Source: Candidatus Omnitrophota bacterium | GTDB taxonomy: Bacteria > Omnitrophota > Gorgyraeia > 2-01-FULL-45-10 | NCBI GenBank assembly: GCA_026387165.1 | Contig: JAPLMG010000114.1 | Coordinates: 1 to 38,237, forward strand | Direction: 5' to 3' | DNA: 38,237 nt | Shown: in pieces, positions 6,304-13,949 of the stretch | How positions within the stretch are numbered: the first letter of the stretch is position 1 | Layout: each line of letters begins with the position of its first letter | The notes under the pieces: generated by a model | Database searches by the model: none | What the model saw: the letters and a program-made list of their open reading frames with translations, nothing else | Told to the model about the DNA's origin: nothing | Made by a program: the position numbers and the translations under genes

Positions 6304-9300
6304 TTATGCCTTTGTGTCGATTTCGCTTATCTGCAGTCTATTAATGCGGGCCGATTCGGAGATATCGTATGGCTTGATCGGCGTAAAGACAAAGCCGCTG
6401 ACCTTTCCCTCGGCATTCTTAATGGTAGCGATCTCAATATATTCCTGATTCAACTCGGCGGGCAACTTGCCCGAACTGAGTTTGAGGGCCAGTAAACACA
6501 TCTCCAGCAATCTCGTTCCCGATGTGTCCTTAAGCTCTTTGGGATCCACGCCTATCAAAAGCGCCCTATCCTCTTTTTCTTTTAATTTGCTGAATTCGTT
6601 TGAATTGTCTTCTTTTACAATTGATTGCCCGCCCAAAACGATAATATTCGAGAACTTCGCGCCCCTATCACTCCTTTCCTTGGCCAGAATGGACGCCAGC
6701 TCATTGCCATTGCCCGATCTAAATATAAAATTGGTGAAGCCTATCCGTTTTAATTTTTCGACGAGCCGCGTTTCGAGTTCTAATTCATTTATAATTTCCT
6801 GTACACCGCCGAGATTCTTGATCCAGCCCTTCTCGAGCCCGAATATAAGCGCCTCGTCCTTCGGGAGAGCGGAGACCTTCATCATAAGCTCGTCCCAGAA
6901 GTCTCCCGCAATCTGCTTTTCGCGCTCAAGATCAGCTGCTGTCGTTTCTGCGGACGGCTCGCCGGCTGAAACTACGATATCCGGCGTTACTTCTTCGCGC
7001 GCATGAGCCGGAATACCGGAATTCTCAAACAGTCTTCTCAAAGCCGGACACTTAGATATGGAAGCTGGCGATACGTATTCGACAATACTGTGCGCGATGT
7101 ACCTGTCATAACGGCCCGTTCTCACCTTGTCCAGACAGCTGTATACATTCTTGTTGCGGTCCGTCATCGTGACACTTGTTAAGACGCCCGCGGCTTTTAA
7201 CCCGTTCACGAGCGCCGTTTCAGCCGCCGCCGCCCCGATAACATCTTTGTTCTTTACGTATGCCCTGATCAGGTCCCTGACATAAACCTCCAGCGCCGTA
7301 TGATGGATCCATGCCTGCAGCGCGGCGTCGCGATGCGCCTTGTCGACAACCAATTTCCCTCTTTCCAATTTTGTGATCATTCCTTCGCCGACTATATTGA
7401 GGAACATCCTGAGTCCAAGATATATGCCCCACCTGCCTCCGTGGTCATACTGGTCTCCCCCGGACAGGTCCATGTTTATGCCGAATTCCTGGCCATCGAT
7501 AAGCGCGATGCGCCGCAGGATGATTTCCATCCTTCTCCGGACTTCCGGCATCCTGTTGTAATCATTAAGCACGCCCCGGACAGCTTTTCCGACAAGTGCT
7601 TTATATTTTATGCTGTTAACGGCGCCGTCGAGTATTTGCGTAAGCTCTTGTTCCTGTTCTACCTTTACAAAACCCGGATTTATTGGAAGACTGCCGTGTA
7701 TATAAGCAAATCTTCCCTCTCTGTATGCCTCGACCACAAAACTATTTACCGCGGGGTGATCGTACCCTTCCCCCGCGTTGGCGGAGACCACGATCTCCGG
7801 CCTTGCGCGCGCGGTGGCTAATATTTGTTCATCGATGGCGCGCTTCTGGCCATCGAGGTCTTGGGCCCGCTTGTCTAACCGCTTGCGTATCTTTATAAGA
7901 TGTTCACGCGCTTCGCTCTCCATATTCTTTTCGATGAGATCCGTCGCCGGCGCGATATCCTTTGCCGAGAAATATTTTTCATCGACTATTCCGGCCTCAA
8001 GCCATGATCTTATTTCACCGAGGCCCTTCAGGACCATGTGGCGGTCTCTTTCCGAAAGTTTCTTTCGGCCTATGCGCATGGCGCCTGTTATTCTTTCTAT
8101 ATAATATCCGATAAGTGAACGTATCCGGCAGGTTTCCACATACTGTAGCGGGATTTTTTTGATAGTTTCTATCTTCGAAGCCAATACATCGCTCGTCTCG
8201 ATACCCTGCCAGACCTTGTGGCGCTCATCCGCGACGAGCTCCGTCAATCTGGCAAAACTTTGTAAAATTCCATCCAAACCCGCGGGTGGACTCTGCCCTA
8301 AAGAGACTTCTCTTATCCAGCCGGTTATGCCGTCTATGGTATCGCGGACATCCCTATACATGGGCTGCATCTGATATGCCCTGCCCGAATAAATATCGCG
8401 CAGCCCGAACATAATATCCCGCGCCTCATCGTATCTTTTGGCCTTTACCGCTTTCCTCGCCGCGTCAAGCCGCGACCCGGACTTGATCCATACGCCCTTA
8501 CGATATACCTCTTTTTGGCCTTCCGCGCGTTCTTTCAACAGGCGCACCTCGATGTCATAATCAGCGACTTTAAATACATATACGCGTTCGCCCTCTTCCG
8601 TCACGGTAAGATAGCGCCTTTTCTTGCCGATCACGCTTAGCCGCGCGGACCTTGCCGCAAGCTCCTCTTTAAGCCTCTGGCACGAATATATCGCGCCGTT
8701 CAATGTCTTACATACGGCGTTGCGTATCATCTTGGGCTCGGTAAGGCGCGATCTGCCCTTAGCTAATAAAATGGCCGCGAGAAGCTGATATTTCAGCCTT
8801 CTGCGGTTTGCGGTTATCAATTCCTTGTTCAACCCGAAGAGCGCTTTCCTGTCATTCCTGTCAAATGCTCTGTTTATCTTTCTGTATAATGCGTAGAGCT
8901 CCGTGTCTAACTTCGCCAGCTCCCGCTTGTAATAATCATATGGATAATAGCGCCCTGCCGGAATGGCGAGATCTATCGAACGGTAGGCCGCCTCGACTTG
9001 CCCCAGGCCCGCGACCCACTCAGCCTTAAGCGCGGACTTCTTTTCCTGATCTTCGATCCTGTTAGCTTCTTTCGCCACCCTCTCCATATTGCTATGTATG
9101 TCTATCAGCTCCCCAAGCATTCTGTTTGCCGAGGCATAATCCGCGCCCGGATCTTCTCTCGTCCTCCTATCTGACAATATATAAGGCCTTTCGTCGGCCT
9201 TCCCGCCCCGCAGCTCTCCCGGAATACTGCCGTCCGCAAACCTTAATCCTCGAGCATTGATTCCCGGCGCTCCCAGCGCGGGATCTTTTGCGCCCAGGTT

Positions 9301-12300
9301 GCCGATGGGGTTATCGTCTTCTACCCTGGCTGAATTACCGCGATCGGCGGGTTGCGGCGCGTCAGAGGCCGCGGCGAACATGTCTACCGGAAATTGCAGC
9401 ACAGGCACATGATCGCCTTTGAAGCTTTGCGCCCAACCCGATAATCTCGATAAGATATCATATTTTTCATGGAATTTTGTTGCCCCTGCCGCCAATAAAC
9501 TCTGGGCAAGCTCTTTATTCGCTATCTCCGCAATAAAAGTTCTACAGCCTAACGGCCTGGCAACGCCACAAAGTTTAGTGAATAGCTGAAGCGCTACAAG
9601 AGACCCTCTGTATTCGGGAAGGATTATCATCCTCGAAACAAGCCATTTGTCAAAACTCCCGTCGTCATTATCAATAACCAGCGGATCCCACATCGTCTGC
9701 TCCGGGATTGGCATCGCCATAACATAACCCACCAGATTATTCTGTTCGTCAAACGCCCCTATAATTGCGCGCTTCGAATAGATCCCAAGATTATTCAATA
9801 AGCTAGGTACGCTTATCCTTGCGTCTTGAGGCATGTGCTCTTCGAGCTTATGCAAGTCAGCGGCATAATTCCAAAGTTCTTCTAACGTAATCTCCCAAAC
9901 CCGCGCAAAGCGCTTCTGCGGCGCGCCTTCCCCATCTGAGTGGTAGCGCGCCGACGCATCTCCAAGCCGCGGGCGCATGCCCGGGAGCGTACTTAGCGGG
10001 CCGCCGATGTCATCTCCTTGCATATCCGCGCCGGCCATGCGGCTGGGTGACTCCCGGTGTCCGCGGCCCGCCCCTGCGATGCCTGCCGCGCTTTTCGGCG
10101 CCGGCGATGGAGATGGAGATGCGGGCGCGGGTAGGCATAGCCTGAGTTTTACGCCGGGCTCGGCCACATCGGCCGTCCTGACATCCGCGATAAAATCATA
10201 GATTGGTTTTTGCGCCCGCGGAACAAGCCTGTCTATATCCGTAGCTTCGCTGCCTAAGCCTATACTACATCCATACTGCTTGAGCGTTTTTTTAACCCAT
10301 CCAAAGTCAAAGGCCCTTAAGCTGCTTAAGGAAAAAGCCATGTCCGTGCCCCAAAATCTGTTACCTTCAAACATATTCCCGGGAATCCGGATTTTTTCAC
10401 CGTTGGCGAAACTAAAATCAAGTTGTGTTTTATCGCCGTTCGGCTTTAAAGTAATGTCGATGTTTAACGGCTGTATATCGGCGCGGGCCATTTTATCGAG
10501 CTGTCCCTGTTTCCATAAATCGTGCTCTCGCGCTGATAAAAACATATGACAGAAATAACCCATTATGGACTCTATGTCTATCTTTCGGACGCGGAATATA
10601 ACGGGTCTTGAGAGTCTATTTTTAAACGTGAAACGAGTCTTCAGTTTCCGCGCCGGCACATTCATCACTGCCGTTATATTTTGCAGGGCGGGCGCCAGGT
10701 CGATATCTTCAAGATCGCCCTTGCCGCTTAAAACTTCTTCTATCCTGGCCTTGTACCGTTCGGCTTTAGTTTGCTGCGATAGGTGGAGACGCGCCAGTAG
10801 ACGATATTGAAGCAGGGACAGATATAGATCCCGGCTGCGTATATAGTCTCGCGCAGCCATCGCGAGCTTATACTCTCTAAGCATGTCGTCGTATTTCGTA
10901 TCGATTAAGAGGTCTTTAAATAAGTGCTCCTGCCCCTTGTCCAGACCACAAGACTGGTAATGATGGTCCTGAATCTCAACAAGCCTTTTATCTATTTCGG
11001 AAGGCTTTGGCATTTCTGTAAAGGCACGGGATGGGTCTCCGGGGTCTTCTATTTTCTGCAGGCCTATATAAATCCGCAGGTCATCGGTATCGGTAAGCTC
11101 GACTCTTAGATTCGATCTTGCCTGAATAAGTTGCAAAAATTCCTCTCTCATTTTTCCTTTGTCGCGTTTACCCGCGAATAAACTGATAAAGAACCTGCCG
11201 CCTGTAAAAAACGCGTCATTGCTAAGGAAATCAAAAAAGTTTTCCCTGCCCGCCGCGTCGAAGTCCTGAATAACGTCAATTGCGACAGCCTTGTTGAACC
11301 GTGTTTGGAAATGCTTGCCGTCCCACCCGCTGCCGCATTCTAAGGAATTGCGGCATAGTTTTTGCGTGAGACTGTCCAAAGTTATTTTATCGGAGAGATC
11401 CTTCTGCCAAACCCTTAATCCATTATTGCGGGCTGTTTTGACCATGACATCGGAAATATCATACCCCCAGAAATGGAATGGCGCGACAGTCCAGGAGTTC
11501 GGCTGAAGACGCGATCCGAAATACCCCAGGCACCTGCCCATGCCGCATCCTAGATCAACACAGCTATCGTCTTCGTTTAACTTTAGAAAATCTATAGCCC
11601 TGTCAAAAACGGCAAAGGGCGTTTTATTGACATCATAAGGGCTTGTTATCCCGGTTCCTTTGGCTATTACAAACTCCGGGGAATAGCGTCTTATAAAATC
11701 CAGCTTTGGGAGAATGATCCCTAAAGCTTTTTCTGAAAGGTGATTTAAAGGAGTGGTTGCTATATAAAAACCCATCATGGCGCCATCCCATCCTACAGAG
11801 GTAAGTTTTCCGTCATCTGCCAGGCCAAAATATTGATCGCTGGAATGGAAAAACTGGTCGACCATCTCCTTCAAAAGGCTCCTGAACTCCACCGCCGCTT
11901 CTATACCATAAGATCTCAGCCTGTTGTTTTCGTCATCGATCAGAGCAAGCGCCTCCGCGTAGGCGATCGTATTAAGAACTCCTGCTACGTCTGTGTATTC
12001 ACCGCCCTTTTCGATGGTAAGGCCCGCGTTTCTCAGCACATTCTTAAGTCTTGTAAAAAATTCACCAAGGCATACAGGATCCCCGTCTTTCAGAAGATCC
12101 GCCAGCGCTGCGCTTAACGGCTCCCAAAATGCTTTATCCGCACGTCTCGTATAGCCCGCCCGCGACCAATGCCCAATACCGCCTGCGGCCAGCGTACCAA
12201 TATCACGCTGATGATAAAAACTTGTGATATGCGCCCTATAACCATGCTTATCGTTCTTAAATCCGCCCTTTATAAATTTAATGAGTTTTTCAACTTGAGC

Positions 12301-13254
12301 GGTAATCTTCGTTTTGTCTCCCTGCCTTTCTTGCCTAGTCTTTGCGGCATTGGCGCTTCTTCCCTGATTCACCGCGCATTCTATCTTCTCTGAAAATAAA
12401 GGATTAAAATCATAATCGTCGTAATTAACCCTGACAGATCCGTCTTTTTTTAATGTAGCTATAACGCCTCGTAAGCGATCGTCTTCGTAGCGCCGGGACG
12501 CATGGAGATAAATATTTTTACGGGCAACGCCTTGTTTTTCAATATATGAGGCCAGATCGGATAAATATATTTCCTGAAAATACCCTCCCCCCGGATTATG
12601 CGTGTCTTCCGGCCCCCTTATAATAAGAAATTGATTTCCTGGTTTTATATATTTTTTAATTTTCGTCAAGTCGGCCCAGCAGAATTGACCGGTATTAAGA
12701 TGAGAAAAGCTGAGAGGGCTGCCTTCCTTATCGAATATTATCAGCGCAGCGCAGGTTGCAAGCAGTGCATAATATTCATGTCCCGGACTGACTTTATATG
12801 AGCTGCCGCCATGAACGGCATCGCCTTCACGCCAGCCGATAGTTTTTTTGAGACTGCTGACGCGGAATTTATTTTCCGGCGCGCCGCGCCCTGGTTTGGA
12901 TTCGTCTTTTTTCGGGTCCTCGAGGATGGCGTAGCGGCCGTCGCCCCTCGACAGGCTCGGGACTTCGCCGGTCGGGATGCGTGTTTCGAAAATTCCGCTG
13001 ACACCGTCTATCTTATCTACTTCCTTCAGCGAATTCGGCCTTTGCCCGGGCAGATAATAGTCCAGGATCTGTTCTTCGCCTGAATCTTTTCGCGTGTACG
13101 GCAGGCAGACGGCATTGCCGTCCCAGCGCATCTTTTCGAAATGGAACCTTTCGAAATTTATATGGGGCAATTGTGTTTTGATGGCGTCGATCAATTTTTC
13201 GAGCTGCTCTTTTTTAAATAGTTCTAATTCTTCCTCTAATTTGTTATCGCTCAC
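6304..13254 (-). CDS. giant multidomain protein (2316 aa) with embedded class I SAM-methyltransferase and GNAT acetyltransferase domains
   Basis: This is a single uninterrupted 6.95-kb ORF. The called start is GTG with no obvious SD. The frame stays open upstream to the TAA of the preceding ORF, so the start is uncertain. A Pro/Ser/Ala/Gly-rich low-complexity linker (PAPASPSPSPAPKSAAGIAGAGRG) and long helical regions are present. Confidence 0.75.
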   Translation of the reverse strand: MSDNKLEEELELFKKEQLEKLIDAIKTQLPHINFERFHFEKMRWDGNAVCLPYTRKDSGEEQILDYYLPGQRPNSLKEVDKIDGVSGIFETRIPTGEVPSLSRGDGRYAILEDPKKDESKPGRGAPENKFRVSSLKKTIGWREGDAVHGGSSYKVSPGHEYYALLATCAALIIFDKEGSPLSFSHLNTGQFCWADLTKIKKYIKPGNQFLIIRGPEDTHNPGGGYFQEIYLSDLASYIEKQGVARKNIYLHASRRYEDDRLRGVIATLKKDGSVRVNYDDYDFNPLFSEKIECAVNQGRSANAAKTRQERQGDKTKITAQVEKLIKFIKGGFKNDKHGYRAHITSFYHQRDIGTLAAGGIGHWSRAGYTRRADKAFWEPLSAALADLLKDGDPVCLGEFFTRLKNVLRNAGLTIEKGGEYTDVAGVLNTIAYAEALALIDDENNRLRSYGIEAAVEFRSLLKEMVDQFFHSSDQYFGLADDGKLTSVGWDGAMMGFYIATTPLNHLSEKALGIILPKLDFIRRYSPEFVIAKGTGITSPYDVNKTPFAVFDRAIDFLKLNEDDSCVDLGCGMGRCLGYFGSRLQPNSWTVAPFHFWGYDISDVMVKTARNNGLRVWQKDLSDKITLDSLTQKLCRNSLECGSGWDGKHFQTRFNKAVAIDVIQDFDAAGRENFFDFLSNDAFFTGGRFFISLFAGKRDKGKMREEFLQLIQARSNLRVELTDTDDLRIYIGLQKIEDPGDPSRAFTEMPKPSEIDKRLVEIQDHHYQSCGLDKGQEHLFKDLLIDTKYDDMLREYKLAMAARDYIRSRDLYLSLLQYRLLARLHLSQQTKAERYKARIEEVLSGKGDLEDIDLAPALQNITAVMNVPARKLKTRFTFKNRLSRPVIFRVRKIDIESIMGYFCHMFLSAREHDLWKQGQLDKMARADIQPLNIDITLKPNGDKTQLDFSFANGEKIRIPGNMFEGNRFWGTDMAFSLSSLRAFDFGWVKKTLKQYGCSIGLGSEATDIDRLVPRAQKPIYDFIADVRTADVAEPGVKLRLCLPAPASPSPSPAPKSAAGIAGAGRGHRESPSRMAGADMQGDDIGGPLSTLPGMRPRLGDASARYHSDGEGAPQKRFARVWEITLEELWNYAADLHKLEEHMPQDARISVPSLLNNLGIYSKRAIIGAFDEQNNLVGYVMAMPIPEQTMWDPLVIDNDDGSFDKWLVSRMIILPEYRGSLVALQLFTKLCGVARPLGCRTFIAEIANKELAQSLLAAGATKFHEKYDILSRLSGWAQSFKGDHVPVLQFPVDMFAAASDAPQPADRGNSARVEDDNPIGNLGAKDPALGAPGINARGLRFADGSIPGELRGGKADERPYILSDRRTREDPGADYASANRMLGELIDIHSNMERVAKEANRIEDQEKKSALKAEWVAGLGQVEAAYRSIDLAIPAGRYYPYDYYKRELAKLDTELYALYRKINRAFDRNDRKALFGLNKELITANRRRLKYQLLAAILLAKGRSRLTEPKMIRNAVCKTLNGAIYSCQRLKEELAARSARLSVIGKKRRYLTVTEEGERVYVFKVADYDIEVRLLKERAEGQKEVYRKGVWIKSGSRLDAARKAVKAKRYDEARDIMFGLRDIYSGRAYQMQPMYRDVRDTIDGITGWIREVSLGQSPPAGLDGILQSFARLTELVADERHKVWQGIETSDVLASKIETIKKIPLQYVETCRIRSLIGYYIERITGAMRIGRKKLSERDRHMVLKGLGEIRSWLEAGIVDEKYFSAKDIAPATDLIEKNMESEAREHLIKIRKRLDKRAQDLDGQKRAIDEQILATARARPEIVVSANAGEGYDHPAVNSFVVEAYREGRFAYIHGSLPINPGFVKVEQEQELTQILDGAVNSIKYKALVGKAVRGVLNDYNRMPEVRRRMEIILRRIALIDGQEFGINMDLSGGDQYDHGGRWGIYLGLRMFLNIVGEGMITKLERGKLVVDKAHRDAALQAWIHHTALEVYVRDLIRAYVKNKDVIGAAAAETALVNGLKAAGVLTSVTMTDRNKNVYSCLDKVRTGRYDRYIAHSIVEYVSPASISKCPALRRLFENSGIPAHAREEVTPDIVVSAGEPSAETTAADLEREKQIAGDFWDELMMKVSALPKDEALIFGLEKGWIKNLGGVQEIINELELETRLVEKLKRIGFTNFIFRSGNGNELASILAKERSDRGAKFSNIIVLGGQSIVKEDNSNEFSKLKEKEDRALLIGVDPKELKDTSGTRLLEMCLLALKLSSGKLPAELNQEYIEIATIKNAEGKVSGFVFTPIKPYDISESARINRLQISEIDTKA
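9380..9900 (-). other. GNAT N-acetyltransferase-like domain within the 2316-aa ORF (approximate bounds)
   Basis: The segment AIIGAFDEQNNLVGYVMAMP...WLVSRMIILPEYRGSLVALQLFTKLCGVARPLGCRTFIAEIANKELAQSLLAAGATKF shows the beta4-alpha3 acetyl-CoA-binding pattern of GNATs (V..EYRG.G.A..L), in degenerate form. Confidence 0.55.
11100..11660 (-). other. class I SAM-dependent methyltransferase domain within the 2316-aa ORF (approximate bounds)
   Basis: Motif I is VDLGCGMGR (11533-11559). It is followed by the acidic post-I residue in WGYDIS, AIDVIQDF, and GGRFFISL (11167-11202), in the order expected for a Rossmann-fold MTase. Confidence 0.65.
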
Positions 13255-13326
13255 GTCGAGTCTTTTCAGCTCGGCCAGTCTGGCTCCAAATTTCTCAATA
13301 CGCAGCTCCAGATATTTATTAGCAAA

Positions 13327-13707
13327 TTAGCTGGCTAGCAAATTCAGGCACACGAACGCGTCATCTTCCGGTAGGTTCTCGGGCCCTTTTCCAAAAATTG
13401 AATCTTTTTTTGGAATTTCATGAATAACGTATCGACCGTTTTTCACTTCGAGCCAGACTATGGGTTTGAGCGGCGAGGTTGGGGCGAGGGTGGAGATTGC
13501 GGAGCCTGTTGCGAGCCCGTCTTTGAGATTGCTTCGGCTGACTTCGTCAGCCTCGCAATGACGGGCGAAGCAAGCGGCTTTCGGCCTCCTCGCAATGATG
13601 GAGGCGTCGAGCGCGAAGGCGAGGTCGCTATATACCATTAGGCACACGAGTGCCAATGATATAATCCTGGACAATATGTTGTGTCTCTCTTTGTATTGGT
13701 TTAACAT
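13327..13707 (-). CDS. hypothetical small protein with N-terminal hydrophobic segment, carrying a family-1 repeat in frame
   Basis: 126 aa with an ATG start. The segment ILSRIISLALVCLMVYSDLAFA looks like a signal or anchor. A strong promoter lies just upstream. The central 25 or so residues (ARRPKAACFARHCEADEVSRSNL) are encoded by the repeat at 13525-13600. The ORF is in the same frame as the 2316-aa ORF. Confidence 0.4.
   Translation of the reverse strand: MLNQYKERHNILSRIISLALVCLMVYSDLAFALDASIIARRPKAACFARHCEADEVSRSNLKDGLATGSAISTLAPTSPLKPIVWLEVKNGRYVIHEIPKKDSIFGKGPENLPEDDAFVCLNLLAS
13525..13600 (+). repeat. family-1 repeat, copy inside the 126-aa ORF
   Basis: The sequence is gagattgcttcggctgacttcgtcagcctcgcaatgacgg, followed by a second partial cctcctcgcaatgatgg. 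It has the internal hairpin ctgac ttc gtcag. Confidence 0.7.
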
Positions 13708-13724
13708 ATGAACAATGTATGGAG

Positions 13725-13752
13725 ATTATACCATATTGTCTTGCTAAATCAA
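13725..13752 (-). promoter_or_regulatory. sigma70-type promoter (TTGATT-N16-TGgTATAAT) upstream of the 126-aa ORF and the 2316-aa ORF
   Basis: The minus strand reads TTGATTtagcaagacaataTGgTATAATctcc. The -35 is at 13752..13747 and the -10 at 13730..13725. It has the same architecture as the pseudopilin promoter. The ATG at 13707 follows 17 nt after the -10. Confidence 0.55.
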
Positions 13753-13826
13753 CAAAAAGATAGTACCTTTTTTCATTCCTAACAAATGAATCGGATCGTA
13801 ATAGATCAGCGTTAAACTACTCCTCT

Positions 13827-13893
13827 GTCATTCTGAGGGCGAAGCCCGAAGAATCTAATGAATAGATCCTTCGCCCTTCGGGCTCAGGATGAC
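13827..13893. repeat. family-2 palindromic repeat, copy 2 (downstream of the 3758-aa ORF)
   Basis: The sequence is gtcattctgagggcgaagcccgaagaatctaatgaatagatccttcgcccttcgggctcaggatgac. It shares termini and the internal inverted pair with 288-366. It lies 57 nt past the stop at 13950 and has no T-run. Confidence 0.75.
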
Positions 13894-13949
13894 AGGAGCG
13901 GATGATCTTCTTTACGCTGATCCATCACATCGGGTCATATTGGCGGGTC

